DNA of 64,000 bases, taken from positions 1 through 64,000 of the IMG/VR virus record IMGVR_UViG_3300034159_000051; one strand, written 5' to 3'. The stretch comes from a virus. Numbering within the stretch: the first letter of the stretch is position 1; each line of letters begins with the position of its first letter. The notes under the pieces were generated by a model that saw nothing but the letters and a program-made list of their open reading frames with translations, had not been told where the DNA came from and ran no database searches. Made by a program: the position numbers and the translations under genes. This document shows, piece after piece, positions 9,291-17,695 of the stretch.

Positions 9291-9953
9291 ATGGCAAACA
9301 TGATTTTTGACCGGATCGCCGAGGCGTCGGCGACGACCGGGACGGGGAGCTTTGCGCTCGGCGGAGCCATATCCTCTGGGTATCGCTCTTTCCAGAGCAA
9401 GTTCTCCATCAATGACACGCCCCTTTATTTGGCGCAGGCCGTGGACGGCGTCGGCAACCCGACCGGACAGTGGGAGACCGGCAAGGGAACGCTAACAGCC
9501 TCGACGACGCTTGCGCGCACGGTCATCTTCGACAACTCCTTGAACAACACATCGGCGATCTCTTTCGCGGGCGGCAACCTGCAAATCTGGTGCGTACTGC
9601 CGGCGAACCTCTTCAAGATGATCCCGGGTTTCGCCGACTGCCCGATCTTTAACGCCAACCACACCTTCACGGCCGACGACGTGAATTGCCTGCTGCGCCA
9701 TACGGATGCGAACCCCTACACTTGGACGATCGACACCTACGCCAATACCAAAATTGGCAAGGGCAACGTCATCACCGGCAATTGCGAGAGCAGCGGGACG
9801 CTGACGATCGTCGCGCCGACCGGAGGGGACATCATCCGCCTCGACAGCACATCCGGCACCGGAAACCGAACGATCGGCGCATACGGCATGTTCACGCTGA
9901 TGAATTTGGACGGGGCCAATCTTTGGGGCATCACGGGAACCGGGGTTTCATGA
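9291..9953 (+). CDS. Short fibre protein with DRxxE..TTGTG anchor domain
   Basis: N-terminus is paralogous to 17696; C-terminal fibre-tip-like beta domain. Confidence 0.7.
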   Translation: MANMIFDRIAEASATTGTGSFALGGAISSGYRSFQSKFSINDTPLYLAQAVDGVGNPTGQWETGKGTLTASTTLARTVIFDNSLNNTSAISFAGGNLQIWCVLPANLFKMIPGFADCPIFNANHTFTADDVNCLLRHTDANPYTWTIDTYANTKIGKGNVITGNCESSGTLTIVAPTGGDIIRLDSTSGTGNRTIGAYGMFTLMNLDGANLWGITGTGVS

Positions 9954-12361
9954 CGATGAAGACTAAGACCATAAAATGGATAGTTTTTTCTTTATTGGTA
10001 AGCCTTTTTGTAACCGTCAGTTTTTCTCCAGGCGATAGCTTCGTCATCCCTGCTTATAGGCACGCCAGCACGGGGGCGGCCTCCATTCTCCCATCGCACA
10101 ACGACGCTTCGCTGAATTGGCAGAAAGCGGGGATGGCCGCCGTGGGCGGGATACCCTCTAGGACGACGGTTTGCGCGACCGTCAATCCGATAGGCGGCGG
10201 GTCCAGCGATTTCACCAATATTCAAAACGCGATCAACGCTTGCCCGGCCGGCCAAGTCGTCCAGCTCGGCTCCGGCGCATTTTCCGTCCAGATGAGCGAT
10301 TTGCCGATCAGGATTCCGACCGGCATCGTGCTGCGCGGAACGGGAAGCTGCACCGGTTCAAGCTCGCCCCATTGCGCGACGTCCATCACCGTTTCGGACG
10401 GCCTTCTTTTCTACGAAGGCGGGAATTGTGGAACGACGGCTCCAGGCTCTGCATGCTCAAACGGCGGGGCGTCCTTGATCGAGGTCACTCCGGCGGCGCC
10501 ATCGTATAATTATAGTTGGGCGCAGTGCGGAAATATCGGAGGACCGCATCAAACCGGAGATTCGTGCGGGGCCGTCTCCTTGGGCGCGGACGCCGCCAAA
10601 GGCGACACCACGATCCGGGTGTCGCAAACAAGCGGCCTTTCCGTCGGCGATTGGGTTTTGATCGACGAGGCTTCCGGCGCGGGCTGGGTCGCCGATCCCA
10701 TGAACGCCGTCACGGGATTTGGGAGCATATGGGCGGCTTCGGATTGGTTGAACTCTTCCGGCTCCCCGGCGACGGGGCGCGTTTCATGGCCGAAAGCCCA
10801 AAATCTCGGCTGGAACAACGGATGGGATTTCGGCGCTTCCGGGGATAATATTTACCCAACGACTCTGAATTCAGCTGGGTGCCAATACTCCTATTGCGAC
10901 AGAGTCACCAATGAGATGCACAAAATCTCAGCAATCGGCGGCGGCTCTTGTCCCGGCGCAGGCTGCACCGTAACATTCGATTCGCCGCTCACCATCGCAT
11001 ACAGGCAAAGTGGGAGCCACAACGCCCAGATTTACAGAGGCCCCTATCTTAACCAAGCCGGCAGCGGATCGCCTGTCGCCTTGATTGAAAATGCGGGCGT
11101 GGAGAACCTTTCGCTTCTCAGGGCTCCGAACGGCGGCATACGGATTCAGTTCTGCGTTTACTGTTGGGTGAAAAACGTCGAAGTCGGCAATTGGTACAAC
11201 GGCGGGATATCGATTGATTACTCGGCCCGAGTCGAGATCAACGCGGTTTACATCCATCATTGCTGGCATTCAGTGAACAGCGGCGGAGAATACCCGATAG
11301 CGCTGGATCAAGCCTCGACAGAAATCTTGATCACGAACAGCATCATCAACTTCGCTGGCAAGGGCATGGTCGCCAGGGCTGGCGGAGCCGGGTCGGTCGT
11401 TTCCTACAATTACGTCGATGACACCATGTACGACCAGCTTTCCGGAATCGGAAATTATTGGGTCGACATGGGCGTGAACGCCAGCCATTTCGCCGGTCCT
11501 CATCATGTCCTTTTCGAGGGAAACTGGGGAAACAACCTCGACAGCGACAACACCCACGGCAACGCCGTCTATATAACTTTCTTCAGGAACCACAGCACGG
11601 CGCTGAGAACCGCCTTTAACGATCCGAGCATCCCAGGTACGCCCCTTGTCGATGATTACGGCGGGACCGGCTACAGCAGCGGGAATAACGCCGTCGGCGG
11701 GATCTCAGGAACCACGCTCACGCTCTCGTCTGTTTCCGGCGCGATCTATGTCGGGTCGTATTTGACCGGGTACACGTCCGGCGTCACGGCCGGGACGCAT
11801 GTGACGGCGCAGCTCAGCGGAACGCCGAACGGCCCTGGAACCTACACCGTCACGCCAAGCCAAACGGTGGCCGGCGGAACGTCCTTCTACCTATATAATC
11901 CTGTTACCCCAGGCCCGCTTCGCGCGGTCGGGCCAATGTCTTATAATTACTGGTTCGCCGTCGTCGGCAACGTCCTTGGCGAAGCCGGGAAGACAACGGC
12001 GGCGAACGGGTGGACCTATCAAGGGGATTGGAGCGGCAAGCGAATCTTCATGCTCGGCTGGAACACCGGGCCTGGAGGCCAAGATCCCTACCTGAACGGG
12101 GTTTCCGGGTCTTATATCTACATCTCCGGGAACTATGATTACGTGAACGCCGGCGTCACCTGGGCCGACGCGAACCATACCTTGCCGAATTCCTACTATC
12201 TGAGCAGCGCTCCGTCGTTCTTCACCGGCGGTTCCTGCACATACTCCTGGCCGTGGGTCACTCCGACCGGGTCGCCGCAGATTCAGCAGAACAGTTGCAG
12301 CGGGTCCGGCCTCCCGGCGCTGGCGCGCTGGAATGCGGGCACGCCGTTCGTTCATCCGTAA
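9950..12361 (+). CDS. Large Cys-rich pectin-lyase-like beta-helix protein with predicted signal peptide
   Basis: ATGA overlap start; basic then hydrophobic N-terminus; IQNAINACPAGQVVQLG.G, IVLRG.G, GVENLS, CWVKNVE. Confidence 0.75.
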   Translation: MTMKTKTIKWIVFSLLVSLFVTVSFSPGDSFVIPAYRHASTGAASILPSHNDASLNWQKAGMAAVGGIPSRTTVCATVNPIGGGSSDFTNIQNAINACPAGQVVQLGSGAFSVQMSDLPIRIPTGIVLRGTGSCTGSSSPHCATSITVSDGLLFYEGGNCGTTAPGSACSNGGASLIEVTPAAPSYNYSWAQCGNIGGPHQTGDSCGAVSLGADAAKGDTTIRVSQTSGLSVGDWVLIDEASGAGWVADPMNAVTGFGSIWAASDWLNSSGSPATGRVSWPKAQNLGWNNGWDFGASGDNIYPTTLNSAGCQYSYCDRVTNEMHKISAIGGGSCPGAGCTVTFDSPLTIAYRQSGSHNAQIYRGPYLNQAGSGSPVALIENAGVENLSLLRAPNGGIRIQFCVYCWVKNVEVGNWYNGGISIDYSARVEINAVYIHHCWHSVNSGGEYPIALDQASTEILITNSIINFAGKGMVARAGGAGSVVSYNYVDDTMYDQLSGIGNYWVDMGVNASHFAGPHHVLFEGNWGNNLDSDNTHGNAVYITFFRNHSTALRTAFNDPSIPGTPLVDDYGGTGYSSGNNAVGGISGTTLTLSSVSGAIYVGSYLTGYTSGVTAGTHVTAQLSGTPNGPGTYTVTPSQTVAGGTSFYLYNPVTPGPLRAVGPMSYNYWFAVVGNVLGEAGKTTAANGWTYQGDWSGKRIFMLGWNTGPGGQDPYLNGVSGSYIYISGNYDYVNAGVTWADANHTLPNSYYLSSAPSFFTGGSCTYSWPWVTPTGSPQIQQNSCSGSGLPALARWNAGTPFVHP

Positions 12362-12388
12362 ACCTCTCAAACCGGGAGCGCTCGCGCC

Positions 12389-13156
12389 ATGGCAATCGGA
12401 ATCTCGCTTCTTCTATCCGAGTTCGCCAGCGCGGGCGGCGGGAACTTCACCACAAGTTCGGTCACGCCGCCGAATAATTGCCTCCTTGTCGTCGTCATCC
12501 ATGCGATGGCCGACATCACGACGCAAACCGTGGCGGGCGTCACCTTGTCGGATAGCACAACCCTGACCTGGACAAAGCGAACCTCGGCCAGCGCCTTTTG
12601 CACGGGGGCGTCAGGCTACCAAACCGGCCTTGTTGTTTTCACGGCCCCCGTTACGACAGGGGCGAGCACGGTTCTTTCAATCGGCGGGTTCCAGACCGCG
12701 TCGAACGTCTGGTACACGGCGATCTACGCCATCACGGGACACAACACAGGAACGCCGGTCGGGGCGATGGCTATCAACAACAACAACACCTCGCTGACGC
12801 CGTCTTTCAGCCTATCGGCGTCCCCGGCGTCGTCCTCGCTTGTCATGTCGTTCACGAGCACGGTCGTTTCCAGCGGCACGACAGGCGTCACGCAAGGGTC
12901 CGGGTTCACGCTTGGGTATACTCTCGGGGCGTCCGGCTTTATGGCGGCCGGCGGGCAGTATCGAACAGGGACGACGTCTGCAACGATCGCCTGGGCCGGG
13001 ATCGATGACGGCGACTCCGGAATCTGGGGCGGCACAAATAGCGTTCAAACCGGCATTGAGTTCCTTGAGGCCGGCGGCGGCGAAGTCGTCACTATGGATA
13101 AATGGTGGCAGGCCCCGGCGTACCTCAAACCCAAAAACCAGATTGTAGGCTACTGA
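12389..13156 (+). CDS. Beta-rich appendage protein ending in one DKW repeat
   Basis: Thr/Ser/Gly-rich; C-terminal EVVTMDKWWQAP matches the repeat unit of the next gene. Confidence 0.7.
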   Translation: MAIGISLLLSEFASAGGGNFTTSSVTPPNNCLLVVVIHAMADITTQTVAGVTLSDSTTLTWTKRTSASAFCTGASGYQTGLVVFTAPVTTGASTVLSIGGFQTASNVWYTAIYAITGHNTGTPVGAMAINNNNTSLTPSFSLSASPASSSLVMSFTSTVVSSGTTGVTQGSGFTLGYTLGASGFMAAGGQYRTGTTSATIAWAGIDDGDSGIWGGTNSVQTGIEFLEAGGGEVVTMDKWWQAPAYLKPKNQIVGY

Positions 13157-13157
13157 A

Positions 13158-14879
13158 ATGGCGCGCATCCTTTACCAGTCCGTTCAGCAGCCCGTTCCCG
13201 TCGTCGCGCCTGCTCCACCGCCGCCTCCATCCGCATGGGCGCAACCGACCTATCTCCAAATTCCCCCGGCCAAGAAACGGGGGATGTCCCAGGCCATACA
13301 GACGTCCGGCGCCTTCGTCAAAGCCGATCCGTTCCCAGGTTTTCTATACGCCGACAGGTGGTTTCGTGAATTATCTTTGCCGGTTCGGTTTAAGAAGGGG
13401 CTTTCGGCGCGGCATCAGCAGACAGCCTTCCACGTCAATTTTCTATCCTACGTCAAAGGGTCATGGGGCATCGCAGGAAGCCCCGTCGCTTCTCCGAGCC
13501 TTACGGAGTCCGATCCGGTTTTTGTCGACAGATGGCACCGCGAGTTTTCATTGCCGGTGCGAAAATCGCCAAGCCTGAGAACGGGCGCGCAGCAAGCCGT
13601 GGCGTTTGTCCAGGCCTCGCCGTTCAAGGAGACGGTTTCGTTCGACCGCTGGGCGACGCCGTTCGCTGAGCCGAGGCGCTACAAGAAGCGGCTTCCGACT
13701 GAAGCGCAACAAGCGACGGCTTTTGTCTGCCCATCGCTGACGATCGAGATCGTTACACTCGACAAATGGCGCCGGGATTTTTCGGAGCCGGTGCGATTCG
13801 AGCCCAGCATCAGGACGGCCTCTCAGCAAGCACTCTCCTTCTCAAAGGCCGAGCCGTTCGCCGAGACGGTTTCCCTGGACCGCTGGTCCGCTCCCCTTAG
13901 CGAACCGGTTCGGACCGAGCCCAGGCTCCACCCTGGCGCGCAACAAGCGGCGATCTTCTCCTATAAGCCGCCATCAACCGAAGTCGTCTACGCTGAAAAA
14001 TGGTTTCGCGAGCTTTCCATCCCGGTCCGCTACGAGCCGGGCCTTGAGACGGCGGCGCAGCAGGCGGCCGCCTTCTCAAAGGCGGCTCCCTTTGCGGAAT
14101 CGGTCACGCTCGATCGCTGGCGGCTTCCATTAGCTCAGCCTCGGACCCGGCCGTCCCTTGGCGCGGCCTTGAACCCGTTCCACACTTGGAATCCATTTGC
14201 GGCCGAAACCATCCCGCCCGAAACCATCAGTCCGGACAAGTGGTTCGCCCCGCTCAGCGAGTTTGTGCGTCTCGACCGGCTTTTGACTGCGCAGCAGCAG
14301 GCCCTCGCCTTGGTCAAGGGAGCGCCGTTCCCCGAAAGCGTTTCGCTCGATCGCTGGATGGTCCCGCTCTCAGGTCCGGTTCTGTTCAAGCCGGATCTCT
14401 TGACCGGGTCGAATCCGTTCTCGGCGTGGAGCGCCTACGTTCAGGCCCCCGTTGAGGCGATCTTTTCCGACAAGTGGTTCAAAGCGCTTTCCGAGCCTGT
14501 TCGGGTCCGCTCATCCGCAACCTCGAAAGCTGTCTCCGGCGGGTCGTTCAACCCCGCGTCATTGCCGAACGTGGTCATCATGGCGGCGTGGTTCGCCTCC
14601 TTGTCTGAGCCGGTGCGGTTCAAACCCGGCTTGGAGCCGGCGTCTCACCCGGCTTTCGCATTGGCCCAGGCCGCGCCGTTCGGAGAGGAGATCAACCTCG
14701 ATAAGTGGTTCAGGTCTTTGAGCGAGCCGGCGGCGTACCTCAAGAGGGTTCCATTTTTTGACTGGAACGTCTTCCTGACTGTGGTTCGCCAGCAGACCAT
14801 AACGGAAATCGGCAACTACTATATCGCCACCGCGCCGCGCCGATCGTTCGGCGTAAGCAGCCCACGGAAAAACGCATAA
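13158..14879 (+). CDS. Tandem-repeat protein, about 12 units of about 39 aa (D[RK]W...LSEPVR)
   Basis: Repeats are directly visible in the translation. Confidence 0.85.
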   Translation: MARILYQSVQQPVPVVAPAPPPPPSAWAQPTYLQIPPAKKRGMSQAIQTSGAFVKADPFPGFLYADRWFRELSLPVRFKKGLSARHQQTAFHVNFLSYVKGSWGIAGSPVASPSLTESDPVFVDRWHREFSLPVRKSPSLRTGAQQAVAFVQASPFKETVSFDRWATPFAEPRRYKKRLPTEAQQATAFVCPSLTIEIVTLDKWRRDFSEPVRFEPSIRTASQQALSFSKAEPFAETVSLDRWSAPLSEPVRTEPRLHPGAQQAAIFSYKPPSTEVVYAEKWFRELSIPVRYEPGLETAAQQAAAFSKAAPFAESVTLDRWRLPLAQPRTRPSLGAALNPFHTWNPFAAETIPPETISPDKWFAPLSEFVRLDRLLTAQQQALALVKGAPFPESVSLDRWMVPLSGPVLFKPDLLTGSNPFSAWSAYVQAPVEAIFSDKWFKALSEPVRVRSSATSKAVSGGSFNPASLPNVVIMAAWFASLSEPVRFKPGLEPASHPAFALAQAAPFGEEINLDKWFRSLSEPAAYLKRVPFFDWNVFLTVVRQQTITEIGNYYIATAPRRSFGVSSPRKNA

Positions 14880-15214
14880 TGGCTCAGATCCCCGATCTTG
14901 TTCCGCCGATTGACGCCAATGAGAAGGCTTATGTCGCATTCGATTTTTCGCCGGAGATGACATCAGGAACGATCATCACCTCGGCCACGGTGACGTGCCT
15001 TTCCGTTCTGGGCGTCGATCCGACGCCCGAACTTCGACTCCTTGATTACGCGGCCATCGCTCCATCCCCATCTGGAACGCAAAGGCAGGCCGTCCGCCAG
15101 CTGATCGGCGAGATGGTTGGCGGGGAGCGATACCGCATTCAATGTCTTGCGCAAATCAGCGACGGGCAAATCTTCAACATCGACACGCATGTCGATTGCA
15201 ACGCGGTGAGATAA
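14879..15214 (+). CDS. Ig-like fibre adaptor-type protein
   Basis: PPID.NE....AFDFS...TI.SATV..G..Y.I.C pattern; TAATG coupling with the repeat gene. Confidence 0.6.
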   Translation: MAQIPDLVPPIDANEKAYVAFDFSPEMTSGTIITSATVTCLSVLGVDPTPELRLLDYAAIAPSPSGTQRQAVRQLIGEMVGGERYRIQCLAQISDGQIFNIDTHVDCNAVR

Positions 15215-15643
15215 ATGGGCGCGGTCGCGACATTCAACTACGAATTATGGTTCGCGCGTTACCCGGCGTTCTCCAACGTTTCGCAGGTTCAAGCGCAGCT
15301 TTGTTGGAACGAGGCCACAATCTACCATCGCAATGATGGGGGCGGCCCCGTGCAAGACCCCGCTATGCAGGCGGCGCTCCTGAACATGTTGACAGCCCAT
15401 ATCGCCTTTCTGTCCTACGGAACGGCGGACAGCCCGGCCTCGGCGTCACAGGGCCTCGTAGGACGCATATCAAGCGCGTCGCAGGGGTCGGTTTCCGTCT
15501 CCGTTGATCTGCAAGGCGTAGCGTCAAGCGCCTACAGCGCCAACCTCACGCAAACCCGCTACGGTCTTGATTATCTGGCGGCGACGGCTCCTTACCGCCT
15601 GATGCATTATCGGCCGGGACGCGGGCGCCGCGTTCCTTGGTAG
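15215..15643 (+). CDS. Head-tail adaptor (DUF4054 family)
   Basis: F.ARYP.F, LL..LTAH.A.L, VGRISSAS.GSVSVS, QT.YG..Y. Confidence 0.88.
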   Translation: MGAVATFNYELWFARYPAFSNVSQVQAQLCWNEATIYHRNDGGGPVQDPAMQAALLNMLTAHIAFLSYGTADSPASASQGLVGRISSASQGSVSVSVDLQGVASSAYSANLTQTRYGLDYLAATAPYRLMHYRPGRGRRVPW

Positions 15644-15683
15644 TGTAAGTAAGTTTATGGCGGCTTTTTACAAAGGAAACCTG

Positions 15684-16043
15684 ATGCCCCTTACCCAACT
15701 TCCAGAGTCTGGCGGAGACCTTTCCTCTGTTACGGATGTAATAGAGATCCAGAAAAATACGCTACAAGCAATCCGGGAGCTATCCGATTCGATGCTCTAT
15801 TTTGCATCGGCATTGCTGGAGAAATTGCCGATGCTGGATCAAAACGACAGGGCGCAAGTGAATGTCATGGCCGGCACGCTCACGACGCTTGGGACGATCA
15901 CGACAGTAACGACATTAGCGACGCTCACGTCGGCCACAAACCTAGTGAACCTGAATAATTTCGCAGGCGGCAATACAGCGCTGCTCCCCTATCAATTCGG
16001 TGCAGGCGCCTTCCACCTGTATAACAACATCGCGGTGAGCTAG
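15684..16043 (+). CDS. Small fibre-associated protein
   Basis: AAAGGAA RBS; TLTTLGTITTVTT stretch; coupled to the downstream propeller gene. Confidence 0.65.
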   Translation: MPLTQLPESGGDLSSVTDVIEIQKNTLQAIRELSDSMLYFASALLEKLPMLDQNDRAQVNVMAGTLTTLGTITTVTTLATLTSATNLVNLNNFAGGNTALLPYQFGAGAFHLYNNIAVS

Positions 16044-16046
16044 ACC

Positions 16047-17504
16047 ATGACCACGCAATTCAATCTGAGGAAGCTCCTGCACCGCAAGGCATGGGAGATG
16101 TGCACGCCCTCCATCTCGGCGCTCGCGCCAGTCAACACGGCGGCCGGGTCATTTGTAACGGGCGACAAGTTTGATCTGATCCCGCATTCGCTGGTCTATT
16201 TCGTCCAGGCTGCATCTGCTATCTACCGCTATGATGGCGATCAGGACGCGTGGCTCCAACTGCCGAACAGCGGCATCGCAGGCATTTTCGCCGCCGGCGC
16301 GTGTGGTGAGTTTCGCGCGCTCGGCGCAATGGGCGGCATTTTCACACAGACTGCGACGGGAGGCGGCGCGTCCACGATTAACACAGACAAAACCATAGCC
16401 AAGAACTTGGCGGGTTGCCGCATCCGCGCCGTGGCTGGCCTTGGCGTTGGGTTTGATGGGCTGGTCGTCAGCAACACGATCGGCGCGAACTCGGTCATTA
16501 CGACAAGCGCCGGCACCTTCAACAATACTACGCAGTTCCAGGTGTTCTCCGGTTCTCTCTGGTTCATGAACGCCGGGACATCAGCGGTCGGCTTCGCTGT
16601 TTACGATCGCGCGACCAACACATGGACGGCCCGCAGCGTGTCAGGCCTTCCGACCGCATGGGGCACAGACGCCGCCTTGGTTGGCACGATGAACCCGGCG
16701 ACGCCCATTTATACGGGTCAAAGCACGGGCTCAAATACATCCACGACGCTGAACAACACCGGAAAGTCGTGGGGTTCGAACATGTGGGCGAACTCCCAGG
16801 TTCGCATCACCGGCGGAACCGGCTCCGGGCAGATTCGCGCGATCGCCTCTAACACTGGGACGGCGCTGACCGTCTCTGTCGCCTGGACGATTACACCTGA
16901 TGCGACATCAACCTATGCGATCGAAGCGAACGAAGATTACCTGTATCTTATGGGAAATAACACAGGCACGCTCTATCGGTTCGGCGTGACCGGCAACGCA
17001 TGGTCCACTCTAGCCCCTGGCGTCGCCCGTGCGGCGGCGATGGGCGCAGGCGGCACAGCTTCGCATATAGTTTCAGTGGCGGGCTGGAATAATGAAACCC
17101 AGGTCGCAACCGGCTTCACTGGCCTTTACAAGCAGAATGGGCGCTACATCTTCTCGTTTCGCGGCGGCGGGTCCGCCGCCCTCGACGCCTATGACATTGC
17201 GGCGAATGCCTGGGTCAGCACCATTCCATATGGAAACCAGTTCGAAACGTTCACGACTGGCAGTTGCTATTGTGACGATGGCGCCAACATCTACATCCAA
17301 AAGGAGGCAACCGGGCGGATTTTTAAATTTGACACGGTTGATTGGGATTTGGAGGCGTTCACAGCTAACCCAGGCGTGCAAGGCGCCACCGTTGCGGGCC
17401 AGAAGATGTTCTTGCTCCCTTACACCGACGGCGCAACTAAGATTCCATTTATCTACACACAAGCCCACACACAGAACACCTTGTACAGGACGATGGTGAT
17501 CTAA
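16047..17504 (+). CDS. Kelch-like beta-propeller protein with inserted beta modules (putative receptor binding)
   Basis: Repeated Y.YD...D/N.W blade motifs; inserted V.ITGGTG.GQ.R.I.SNT module. Confidence 0.7.
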   Translation: MTTQFNLRKLLHRKAWEMCTPSISALAPVNTAAGSFVTGDKFDLIPHSLVYFVQAASAIYRYDGDQDAWLQLPNSGIAGIFAAGACGEFRALGAMGGIFTQTATGGGASTINTDKTIAKNLAGCRIRAVAGLGVGFDGLVVSNTIGANSVITTSAGTFNNTTQFQVFSGSLWFMNAGTSAVGFAVYDRATNTWTARSVSGLPTAWGTDAALVGTMNPATPIYTGQSTGSNTSTTLNNTGKSWGSNMWANSQVRITGGTGSGQIRAIASNTGTALTVSVAWTITPDATSTYAIEANEDYLYLMGNNTGTLYRFGVTGNAWSTLAPGVARAAAMGAGGTASHIVSVAGWNNETQVATGFTGLYKQNGRYIFSFRGGGSAALDAYDIAANAWVSTIPYGNQFETFTTGSCYCDDGANIYIQKEATGRIFKFDTVDWDLEAFTANPGVQGATVAGQKMFLLPYTDGATKIPFIYTQAHTQNTLYRTMVI

Positions 17505-17528
17505 ATTCTTAGGTCTCCGAAGAAGCTT

Positions 17529-17560
17529 AAAAAGAACGGCGCGCAGAGGACTGCGCGCCG
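17529..17560 (-). terminator. Hairpin whose T-tail lies on the - strand
   Basis: CGGCGCGCAG-AGGA-CTGCGCGCCG preceded on + by AAAAAGAA. Confidence 0.55.
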
Positions 17561-17695
17561 ACGCCTAAATTAGCGCGCCCGCGAACCGAACGCCGCCTCG
17601 AAGTTTTCCCCGCGCCACTTCACATCCGCGCAGTCTCCCGGCTCGCCGCCATTGCCGAGCCAGCCCGAGACACTCCAGCCCTTTAGGATAATCTC

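Noticed and set aside
16175-16183. TCTGATCCC in sense orientation in late mRNA as the antisense regulator of the motif
   Set aside because: It is a single intragenic 9-mer compatible with chance, with no extended complementarity.
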